A stretch of 63,723 bases of DNA, filler included, from Octopus bimaculoides (taxonomy: Eukaryota), in the NCBI RefSeq assembly GCF_001194135.2. It is 5 parts of 5 records of this genome, joined end to end, with 100 filler letters (N's around TTAATTAATTAA, not from the genome) between each part and the next. Parts side by side here need not be neighbours in the genome. Positions count along the whole stretch, not along the records: positions 1 to 27,259 come from NC_068983.1; 4 more parts are not named here. One strand, 5' to 3'. Below the pieces are notes generated by a model that made no database searches, was not told where the DNA came from, and was given only the letters and a program-made list of their open reading frames with translations. Positions 1-10,621 of the stretch are shown piece after piece. The position numbers and the translations under genes are program-made. Position 1 is the stretch's first letter, and each line of letters opens with the position of its first letter.

Positions 1-129
1 ATATATATATATGTATGTATGTATGTATATGTGTGTGTGTATGTGTGTATATATACATATACATATATATATGCACGTACATATATGTGGGGGAGGTGTA
101 GTTGGGGTGGGGCGTGCGTGTATTTGTAT

Positions 130-570
130 GAGGAGAAGTCAAAAATCGTCTCCAAAATGGAAGTCGACAACACTTCAAACCTGGTAGTCCATGAGAATTA
201 AATCTAACAAGTTTGGAGTTATTGCATGACACTAAAAATTGTCTGACATCCCTTTTTGGGTTACGTGGGCATTGTGAGAAGTTGCTCTGTCTTGTTGAAA
301 TACGAAGAGCTTTCCACTTTATACTTCTTCTATCCAGGGCTTAACAACTGTCTCTAGCAAAACAACGTATCAAGCAGTATATATATATTCTAATACCCCG
401 TGGAAAAATGTGAGTTGGCATAACTCGACCTTCACCAATCTCCACTCCTAAAACCATTGCAGTTGCTGCAAACTTAATGTGCACCACTTTGGAAACGTCA
501 GAACGAATACAACCGTCTGTCAGTTTTCCTCCTAGACATTTGGTCTTAGTCGAGACCAAACGTTTTTGTT
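130..570 (-). mobile_element. Decayed Tc1/mariner transposase fragment (maT/DD37D-like)
   Basis: Minus-strand peptides VVHIKFAATAMVLGVEIGEGRVMPTHIFPRG and PNLLDLILMDYQV resemble the family motifs TKFPAxVMVLGVVSxEGxVMPPHFF and WPPxSPDLNPxDY; frameshifted. Confidence 0.7.
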
Positions 571-574
571 TTCA

Positions 575-975
575 TTTTTTGACTAACGTACTTTGTTTTT
601 GACTGCTGCACTTTGTTACTAATGTACTTTGTGACATGTGCTTTATGACTAATGTAGTTTGGACTGATGTACTTTGTTACAAACTTGCTTTCTTTGTCCC
701 TAATGTTTATTGTTTATGACTAATGTACTTTATGGACAATATGCTCTGAGATTAATGTAGATTGTGACTAATATTGTTTGTGGCTTATGTACTCTGAGAC
801 TCATGTACTTTGGGGATAACATATTTTATGAGTAATATGCTTTCTGGTGACTAACGCATCTTGTGACTAATACACATTGAAATGTATATAGTTTATGTCA
901 AACGTACTTTGTAGCTAATGCATTTAACGACTAATGTTTTTTGTAACTAATGTACTCTGTGACTAATGTATTTTT
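575..975. repeat. Degenerate minisatellite, ~16-bp unit GACTAATGTACTTTGT
   Basis: About 20 diverged copies of gactaatgtacttt(g/t) visible in tandem. Confidence 0.8.
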
Positions 976-1794
976 CTGTGTTTATTTGAGCATCATATTT
1001 GGTTATACCTATTGCTTCTCTTGTTTGCTTCTGTGAGCAATTCTGCAGCGTTCGGTTGTAGTTTTTCACTAATGTTTAATTATATATTATCTCAAATAGT
1101 TTTACTACTTAGTGAGTGCTCCTTGTTCTTTTGTTGTCTTTTTTAACTGAATGGTGATCTACATGAAGTGTATCATGTTTGTATAAACTCTTGAAGTTTA
1201 CGAATTTCATGCTTCCAATTGAATTTATAATATAACATTAATCTTTGATTGTATAATCGCGGGATTCCTTGTTGCTGGTTTTCATTAGACGATGTTTAAT
1301 TTGAATACTTGAGTATAATATTAATGTTCTTAGTTTGGTTTTGATGTATTTTGATCTGTCCATGTTTTCTACAGTTAGCATCATTCCGTTCATATAATTC
1401 AATTTACACGTGATTTGCAAATATGTAACAGCTCTACTGTCTAATGCATTAGTTGCACTGTAAATTTTCCTATATTATTCTGTGGATTGGTTTATTAGTC
1501 TCTTAGAATACACTCGGCTGATTAGTGGAATTCATTCTGTAGATTTCCAAGAGTCCTCGTTTACAGAGGACAATTTATTTGTTCTACGACACAGAGATTT
1601 TACCACAGATAATTTTGTGTCTGTGTTTAACACTCACTGCATTGGATGAATTATTTTATCTTTTACTTGTGTCAATCATTAGACTGCGGTCATGCTGGGG
1701 CACCACCTTGAAGAATTTTAGTCGAATGGATCGACCTCAGTACTTAAATATAAAAAGTCTGGTACTTAACGTATCGATTTCTTTTAGCCGGACC

Positions 1795-2017
1795 CCTAAG
1801 CTGAAGGAGAAGATGAAGGAGGCTGTGACAAGGGCTTTGGACGCTTTCACTTTGAGGGACATCCTTGATAGACTTTACGAAGTAGCTGGAGTGTTACAAC
1901 AAGTGCATTAAAGTCAGAGACCCCTACTTTGAAGGGGATTACAGTGTTGCAGTACCTGAAAATGAATAAATATAATCTGAAAAGATTTCGAAGTCCTGGA
2001 ATACGCCTTATGTATAG
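1795..2017 (+). mobile_element. Mariner transposase 3' end fossil
   Basis: EKMKEAVTRALDAFTL, then a shifted frame reading YNKCIKVRDPYFEGD, typical of the mariner C-terminus (KCIxxxGxYFEGD); ends in a TIR-like stretch plus TA. Confidence 0.7.
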
Positions 2018-2251
2018 GCATAGTTAAGAAGCTACAAAGTAATACTCAAGCTCCTAGCTCCAAGTGCACTGCTTCTTGTAGCTGAAACAGCTGTAAGCTA
2101 ATGGAGTGCATTAATTTCATATTCCCTTATCAATAATTTAATTATATATATATAAATTTAGCATATACTTATTAAAATGGCTACCTAGTCAGTGGCTAGC
2201 GTATAAAAACTCCACCATATCGGTAAAAATTTTAAGTATACAAATTTAAAT

Positions 2252-2521
2252 ATATAATTATAATTAATGGCACTGGAAGGCCAACGCCAATATGTTAGAA
2301 GTAGATGTCAAATGTCTACAAGCCACTATAAATTTGCTCTCTATAACACAAGGCAGATTGCGAAGAAATGGAAAAGAAAATTAAAAAATTTCGGATAACC
2401 ATATATCTTAAGATTTCGTGTTCTGTAATAAGAATTACTTTACATTCTACTAAAGAGTGCAAAGGTATCTATTTCTAGCGTATTGGCATTGGCCTTCCAG
2501 CGCCGTTAATTATAATTATAT
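2252..2521. mobile_element. MITE with ~55-bp terminal inverted repeats
   Basis: 2252-2306 and the reverse complement of 2467-2521 match at 49/55 positions; all 6 mismatches are transitions. Confidence 0.75.
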
Positions 2522-2544
2522 TTTTATAATTATATACTTAAATA

Positions 2545-2602
<58 letters not shown>

Positions 2603-2799
2603 CACACACACATATGCATACATACATACACATACACATAAAGTAAGCTTGTAAACACTACAAGATGACTATCCGTTCGAACGGACTTTACTGCGATTTT
2701 TAACCGCAAGAGGACATCTCTTCTAGCTCGTGAACGATGCACAGCTGCTTCGGAGATATTGCGAGCAGGAGAGCGAAACCCTATCACCTAGAGACGGGA

Positions 2800-2849
2800 C
2801 CAGCAGGCTAGCCTGATTTCGGGCTACTTGTGCCTCTCTTCATTACTGG
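2800..2849 (-). ncRNA. Decayed type I hammerhead-like motif (probably inactive)
   Basis: Minus RNA CCAGUA-AUGAAGA-GAGGC ACAAGUA GCCC-GAAAU...GCC-UGCUGG: 6-bp stem I and a bulged stem II, but C3>A and U16.1>C. Confidence 0.35.
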
Positions 2850-2929
2850 ACACCTCGTCTGCTATATGCAATATGCATAAATAGTTTCTCTCCTTCATAT
2901 TCATACATACATACATACGTACGTACATA

Positions 2930-2970
<41 letters not shown>

Positions 2971-3027
2971 ACACACATATATATATGTGCATATATATAT
3001 ATGTATATATATGTATGTATATATATG

Positions 3028-3063
<36 letters not shown>

Positions 3064-3328
3064 NNNNNNNNNNNNNNNNNNNNNNNNNNNNNNNNNNNNN
3101 NNNNNNNNNNNNNNNNNNNNNNNNNNNNNNNNNNNNNNNNNNNNNNNNNNNNNNNNNNNNNNNNNNNNNNNNNNNNNNNNNNNNNNNNNNNNNNNNNNNN
3201 NNNNNNNNNNNNNNNNNNNNNNNNNNNNNNNNNNNNNNNNNNNNNNNNNNNNNNNNNNNNNNNNNNNNNNNNNNNNNNNNNNNNNNNNNNNNNNNNNNNN
3301 NNNNNNNNNNNNNNNNNNNNNNNNNNNN

Positions 3329-3368
<40 letters not shown>

Positions 3369-3479
3369 GTTATATCCATACGCATATATGTTTATGTGTG
3401 TGTGTGTGAGAAAGTGAGACAGAGAGCTGATAAACCAGGAAGGAAGAGAAAGGGAGACAAGGAAGAGGAATGAAATGAG

Positions 3480-4010
3480 AGAGAGAGAGAGAGAGTGCAA
3501 GAGAGAGAGAGAGAAAGACTAACAAATATAAAGACTGATTCCATCGCTCCAAAAGTTTCTTCAACTTTTCTGTTCGCTCTCTCTCACTCCCCCTCTCTCT
3601 CTCTCTCTCTGATTCTTCCTTACACTCTTTCTCTCGCAGTACCCCCACGTTTCCCACCGCATTCTCTCTGTCTTCTCCTCTTACTACCACTCTTTCTTCC
3701 TTCTCATCGTAAAACTTCCCTATTTTATTTTCTATATTTAGCTTGTTACTCTACGTTCAAAATCTCCCTCCCTTTCACACTCTCTCTCCCCCTCTCCCTC
3801 TCCCTCTCTGTCCCTCTCTTGCTCGTGTGATTTCTTTTCATATCCACGCTGTCTCCCTCTCTAGATATCACCTCCTCTCACCAACTCTCACTCTCCTCCT
3901 CTTACTTTCTCTCTCACCTCCCATCTTCATTTTCTCCCGACTCCACATCACACACCTTTCGTTTCTACCCTCCCCTTTCCATGTCTCCTCTTTCTCAGTC
4001 TCTGTTACAC
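3480..4010. repeat. (GA)n followed by long polypyrimidine (CT-rich) tract
   Basis: Direct composition. Confidence 0.85.
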
Positions 4011-5087
4011 AAACATTCACACACGCGCACTCGCACGTGCATATGTCATATTTATGTATGTGTGTATGCGCGCGCGCACGCGTTCGTATGTATGTGTGTA
4101 TATAATTTATATGTGTGTGTGTATTTATACGTAACTATATAAATAGATATGTATGTGAATGCATACAAACACACAGGCTCACATTCACACACACACACAC
4201 ACACACACAATCTCAGTTACAGATGAATGCCATACCTATATCAACCTCACCATTCTCAGATGCATCACTCCACACAGAAACATTCTCGGTCTCTCTCTGT
4301 ATACCCTGACAGTCGTCCCCAAGCAGCTTGCTAGTTATCTAGTCACAATCTACTGGATATCTATCGATGCCAGCAGTCAGCCAGTCTCACAACCTCGGCT
4401 ATACCCAGAGCTAATATCTGCATTAGTAAAAGTCTCTTGTTATGAAACGTACCCTGAACTAGGATACATATTCTTGTGGATTAACAGATGGTCATATTTT
4501 GGATTCCTATCAAACATCTATCCTACAACGGATGCAATCTAAGGTAAATAACTAAACTCTATCATTTTTAAATATAACTCAGGTTGTGGATTTATTTAAC
4601 ATCTTGCTTCAATCTTTAGTGAATTTACTAATAACTGCGCTTGAGATGCGAGTTGCAGTGTTTTCTACCCATGGGTAGAATCAATATCCGCTTAGGTAAT
4701 CAAACTGTAACTGCCAATTAGATGTCTTCTCCCCACGTGTATGACTTGAGGTAAAAGACGAAATGTCCGTTTATTTCTGTGAGTTGATTATATTTATGAG
4801 GAAATCTTAAACTTTTAAATGTATTTTCATTTCAATTTCTGTGAAAATGATTTTCTTATAACTTGTTGAAAGATCGAAACACTTCAAAATATATCCTTCC
4901 TCACCATTCAAAAGACAAAACCACACCAGTGCACCACTGCACTAGTGTCCCAACACCACCACACTATTTTACACAACATCGCAATACCGCAACCACCACC
5001 GTCGCCGCCGTCGCGATGACGACGACGACGACGACGGCCACCACCACCGCTTTTTTTGAGAACGTTTAATTTTCTTTCTATTTGAAT

Positions 5088-5600
5088 TCACATTATTTCG
5101 ATTTCTCCAGTTTGACTGTTGTTGTAGTTGTTGTTGCTGTCATCATATTGTTTAGTTGCAAATCGGCTCTGAAAGAGCGACCTATGATCAAAAGCTATTC
5201 CAGGTGTGACCATCTCACCATTTCTTTCTTCAACAATATATCGCAGGCTATATTTTTGAATGTGTCTTTTAAAAGAGGAAGGTATTGGATGAGGGAGGGT
5301 TTGGCTATTGATTCTAGCAGGCCGAGCAACAGTGACTGCAAGAAGTTTATTACAAAATACGAACCATGTAAAAAAGCACAAGACCCGAGTTTCTGAACGC
5401 CGAATATTCTCATTCCAGGAGGACTGCGACGTTGACGTCACTCGCGGTCAAACCCCATGGGGTGGGGAGTGTTGTGAGAGAAATGTCGATCTTCCTGGAC
5501 CCCGATGCCAGCATGATGTTTCTAGACGAGAGCATCACGAATCTGGTGGTTGTTTTAGACTGATTCAGGGTCGGATTGTTTAATTGTTCATTCAGGCTTT
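5088..5600. other. Unique coding-like island A, homologous to island B at ~19.1-19.6 kb; identity unknown
   Basis: 5299-5334 matches 19162-19197 at 29/36; overlapping 72-117 aa open frames on both strands. Confidence 0.35.
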
Positions 5601-5908
5601 TGGGAACAGAAGTATATCGCGTCCATTAATGTTAGTAGTAGATTCGAATAGAATTGTGGATGCAGACTGGCTGAAGAGCTGGCTTTAAAGGCCTTACCTG
5701 CTTTTTCAGATATTTCTCTATGCCTAACACCTCTTCAACATGTTACCTGAATGCGTAATGTGGAATTGGTCAAACCACGGTGGTTCTTCCACTTAGCGTT
5801 TTCGTTCTATTATTTGCTGTCAAAAATGTTCATCATAATTATGGTCAATGGTTAACCGCGTAGACTAGGAGTTTGACTGTGTGTGTGCGTGTGTGTGTGT
5901 GTGTGTGC

Positions 5909-5940
<32 letters not shown>

Positions 5941-6624
5941 CTGTGTGTGTGTGCGTGTGCGTGTGTCTGTTTGTGTTTGCTCGTGCGCTTAACCGAGTTA
6001 TGTTACCTGGACGGGGATCTAGTAACGGGAATCTGACCTTGTAGTTCCTGGAACAGAAAGCTTAAAGAGACAGGATTAGGAATTGGGCGAGACCTGACGA
6101 GAAGGATCACAAACAGGAGGTGATGGATCACATTACAAATCCAGAACAGATTTTGTTACTTTTAGTAAGGAACTGGTATTAAAGATCATAGAATTGTAGA
6201 AGGAGCAAGTAGAGAGACGAGAAAAGGCGATTGAAAAAGACAAGCCACGTTTAATAAGAGCAACAAGCAATAATGTGTGACTACCATTTCTTCGACGCAA
6301 AACACAAGGCTGCATTGTTCAAAGGTGTGTAGGTAAGAGACACAGGAAAACGAAAGCTGTGGTTGATCGGCCAATTTGGTTGACAGTAGTGCGGAAATTA
6401 CTTCGGGTGCGTCCCGTTTAATATTCCAAGCACATGTGTACAGTTTCTCTCGAGAATGTCGACAAAGTGTTTGACAAAGTGATGGGCTGAAAAAATAAAT
6501 AAATAAAGACTGCATTTCAAGGCTAACTTAGATGGTGGGCTGCGTCTCTCGATGGAAGCGATAAAGGTCTGTGCGAAGGTGAATTAAGCAGCCGAAATAT
6601 GGAACGGTGCGAGAAGGGCAAGTC

Positions 6625-6866
6625 ACAGACCGAACTGTTTACCCCCTGAACTCTATTGATTCGTTCGAAACTTATTCACCGCTTTTCGTCTCCCAGAACA
6701 TTTCAAATGACAGAAACCTGGGAGTTTTCGCAACTAAATAAACCGACGAATATTGATGTTACTGAGGAAAGGTCCGAACAAGGAAGGGTCCGAACAAGGA
6801 AGGATCCGAACAGACCGAGCTTAATGTTTTGGGGAATGTTTTGGTCGAAACTTTGGTGTTCGTCGT
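6625..6866. mobile_element. Probable DNA-transposon subterminal region with 16-bp repeats
   Basis: ggtccgaacaaggaag x2 plus a partial third copy (6771-6816); several ccgaac/cgaaac motifs. Confidence 0.35.
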
Positions 6867-6879
6867 GAGTGAAGTTTGT

Positions 6880-7735
6880 GAGTGATTACGATGATTACAA
6901 TGATTATATTGGCATCACCTCCGTCACCGTTATCGTTAATATCACCAGAGCCACCCTCACTCTGGCGTGCCTCCTCCTTTTCCTTCTCATTAACATCGTC
7001 TTCGTCGTCGTCGTCGTTGCCGTCGTCATAATGGTCTTCGTCGTTGTCCTCTTTCTCCTCCTTATCCATTCACTTCCCCTCCCCTTCACATCACCTCTAC
7101 CAGTAGCACCGTCACCACCGTCACCACCATCACCACCACCACCACCACTACCACCATCAATGCTGCTGTCGTCGTCGTCGTCGTCGTCGTCATCATCAGG
7201 GGCAGCAAGAGTAGCAACCTCCATCTTCATTACTACTTCAAGCACTCTGTTTCTTCCTCCCCCCCCCACGTCACCAGCTTTATCTTCCACCCCCACCCAT
7301 TCATCATCTTCTTATCTCAACCGACCTGAACGGCTGTTTTCCGCTGCCAATTTTAGTTCGTTTGTGCTTTGACTTCACCACCACCACCACCACCACCTCC
7401 ACCACTACCACAACACACACCATCTCCACAAGCATCACCAGCGTCAACAATACAACCCACTCCACCCCAACACTACCACAAGAACAATAATAACAACTTC
7501 AGTGGTGGTTGTTATTATACCACACGCTACCATTACAAGCAGCTTTGCCACCACCATCACCACCACCACAAACACCACAATTCCAACCGGCACCATCACT
7601 ATCTCCAGCCATCATCACGAAGACCACCATCATCACCACCACCTTCAACCGCTGTCGCCACCGCCGCTACCACCATCACCACCAGCACCACCACCACCAC
7701 TAACCCCCGCCTCCTACTCCCGACCAATTTAATAC
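6880..7735. repeat. Trinucleotide low-complexity region (CGT/CAC/CAT)n
   Basis: Direct reading; produces poly-V/P/S/H/T pseudo-ORFs. Confidence 0.9.
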
Positions 7736-8184
7736 TAATTCTTCTGTTGCACAACATGTAAACAATGATTGATATGTTGATGTTAAGTGGAGTCGGATGT
7801 AATTTATGGAATCGGTATTGTCTTGGAGATGGCCATGGTGTTCTGAATAAGACTGCAGACACACAGATAGATATATAAACGCACTTACACACAAGCTGAA
7901 AGTCACATACGTACACATTTACGTATACATACACAAATGCAGACACAGTGGAGTCTCCTGGCGTAGACAACGGATGAGTATTCCACGGTTCCTTTCTGAT
8001 CAACCTGCTCAAATCATTTGTTCGTAGCGATCGAATGCTTATCGACATTGCATGTACAGATGTGCAAGGCATCAGAGAAAAACTTGAAATAAAATACATG
8101 CAAATGAAATACACACATACACACACACACAAACATATTCATACATATATACATATAACCTTACATACATACACATATACATGG

Positions 8185-8517
8185 AGGAGACACCCTTCGG
8201 TCATGAATGACCGTGGGATTGCACCTAGAAAGTTACCCTCCGTGGCACAAGTCTGGGCAATTTGCTTATGGAACACCAGCAGTCACCCATGCATGCAAGC
8301 CTCCCCTCTCCACACCACTGATGTTATCCAAAGGAAAGGTAAAGAGGCCGATACAGCTTGGCACCAGTGATGTCGCAACTCATTTCTACAGATGAGTTAA
8401 CTGGAGCAACGTGAAATAAAGTGTTTTCCTCCAGAACACATCACGCAGCCTGGTCCGGGAATCGGACTCACAACCTCACAATCGTAAGCTCACGCTCTAC
8501 CTACTGAGCCACACGCT
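8185..8517 (-). mobile_element. tRNA-headed SINE with CORE/MIR-like central domain
   Basis: Reverse complement contains a tRNA-like head and acactttatttcacgttgctccag core; related pieces at 28735-28870 and 63377-63475. Confidence 0.65.
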
Positions 8518-8535
8518 TTCACATACACACATGCA

Positions 8536-8566
<31 letters not shown>

Positions 8567-9219
8567 GCGTATACACATGCACACAAGCAAACAAATAAAG
8601 AAATAAAGAAACAAATAAAAAGAACGCAGCTCGGATAACGGACCGACTCAACGACTATTGAAGAGGTTGCAAGAAGGAAGAAAAATGAGTAGAGATCGAA
8701 CCGGTGAATGTGTTAAGTAGTAAGGCATCAAAAGAGAATGACACTCGCCAGATACAATGAAATAAAATGGTTTCTTAAAAGCCAGGCAACGCCTCAATCG
8801 GTCCGGGAGTCGCGATCGTGAGCGGAAGACCCTAACTTTGAGCCACGAAACCCTCACACACTCACAGACACAAATATACACATACATGCAAACGGATACA
8901 TACGCACACCTACATCGGAACATGCACGAGGAATGTGTTCTAGCTTCGTTTATCGGTTAGGTTTAACGAAGCAATTAGCACTAAAACACTCTAAAGAGGA
9001 TTTGAATCTGAATTACGAAAAGCAGGGGACATAACTCCAATAATGTCTATCGATGATCAGAATGATGAATCAACTTAGAATAGATCTGGTCTGCACAGAT
9101 TAGGGGTGAAAACAATGAGTATGGTTCGGGTCTGTCAGTGCTCCATAGCAAAATATTTCCCTTGCTGAGTAAGAGTAGGACACATCAGCACTCACATATG
9201 TGACGCACACACTCACTCA

Positions 9220-9286
<67 letters not shown>

Positions 9287-9889
9287 NNNNNNNNNNNNNN
9301 NNNNNNNNNNNNNNNNNNNNNNNNNNNNNNNNNNNNNNNNNNNNNNNNNNNNNNNNNNNNNNNNNNNNNNNNNNNNNNNNNNNNNNNNNNNNNNNNNNNN
9401 NNNNNNNNNNNNNNNNNNNNNNNNNNNNNNNNNNNNNNNNNNNNNNNNNNNNNNNNNNNNNNNNNNNNNNNNNNNNNNNNNNNNNNNNNNNNNNNNNNNN
9501 NNNNNNNNNNNNNNNNNNNNNNNNNNNNNNNNNNNNNNNNNNNNNNNNNNNNNNNNNNNNNNNNNNNNNNNNNNNNNNNNNNNNNNNNNNNNNNNNNNNN
9601 NNNNNNNNNNNNNNNNNNNNNNNNNNNNNNNNNNNNNNNNNNNNNNNNNNNNNNNNNNNNNNNNNNNNNNNNNNNNNNNNNNNNNNNNNNNNNNNNNNNN
9701 NNNNNNNNNNNNNNNNNNNNNNNNNNNNNNNNNNNNNNNNNNNNNNNNNNNNNNNNNNNNNNNNNNNNNNNNNNNNNNNNNNNNNNNNNNNNNNNNNNNN
9801 NNNNNNNNNNNNNNNNNNNNNNNNNNNNNNNNNNNNGGAGAATGTACGAAAAAATACAATAACAGACGAGGATAGGTGGTGTAAACAAC

Positions 9890-10118
9890 AAAAGGATGTA
9901 TTAGTATGACGCTCGGGAATACGGAAAGTCTTTAACGTTTCGAGCTACGCTCTTCAACAGAAAGAATACGGAGAAAACAAGGAGAAAAACACGGAGAAAA
10001 AAAATTTGAACGCTGTTGGTCAACGGTCTATCATAGCTTCTGCTGATCGGAAGTTAGAAAGTTTACACAGGAGAGCTAAGAAAAGGGGGAGAAAGAACGG
10101 TGATCGAAGAACGAGGAG

Positions 10119-10156
<38 letters not shown>

Positions 10157-10575
10157 ATGCTGGTGATCTTGACATATGCATGTGTNNNNNNNNNNGTGTG
10201 GGTGTGAGAGAGAGAGAGAATGCTGGTGATCTTGACATATGCATGTGTGAAAATGGGGAGGGAGAAAGGAGTTGGTCAGTTATAGTGTGTGCGTGGTGTG
10301 ATGTGAGGGTGTTGGGAGGTGGGGAAGGCATGAATAGAGTGTGGGTTAGGGTGAGGGTGGAGGTAGAGGTAGGGGTATGTGGGTAAGGGGTGGGTGTAAG
10401 GAACTGGAAAGGGGACAGAGGTGTCAGAGATAGTACAGGAGAAGTGGAAAGCAGGATGGAAGGATTGAACGAAAGAGAGGAACGAGTCAAGATGTTCGCG
10501 GGAGAGTGAGGTGGCACCGATACAGTCGTCGATATAACGACCATATAGTTCGGGAGTAGGACCAGTGAAACTTGC
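9890..10575 (-). mobile_element. Penelope-like element fragment (RT core plus pseudo-LTR with hammerhead)
   Basis: GPTPELYGRYIDDCIGATSLSREHLDSFLSFVQSFHPAFHF is a PLE-type RT with the YIDD motif; hammerhead motif lies downstream on the same strand. Confidence 0.8.
9929..9965 (-). ncRNA. Minimal type I hammerhead-like motif of the PLE pseudo-LTR (A6>U variant)
   Basis: UCUUU-CUGUUGA-A-GAGC GUA GCUC-GAA-ACGU-U-AAAGA: 5-bp stem I, 4-bp stem II, palindromic ACGU stem III. Confidence 0.65.
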
Positions 10576-10621
10576 GAATATATATATATATATACACATA
10601 TACACATACATGTATATACAT

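Noticed and set aside
5219-6047. Minus-strand exon chain (6007-6047, 5747-5816, 5219-5335) with good AG/GT sites
   Set aside because: The middle segment has stops in all frames and homology to island B extends across the supposed splice sites; a non-coding transcript is not excluded
6869-7761. Pro/His/Ser/Thr-rich ORFs and other HT/YI/CV/SL/ER-repeat ORFs in the track
   Set aside because: Translations of microsatellites or N gaps
10141-10248. 45-bp direct repeat across a 10-N gap (and a ~49-bp one at 63158-63375)
   Set aside because: Duplications exactly flanking gaps are probably overlapping contig ends
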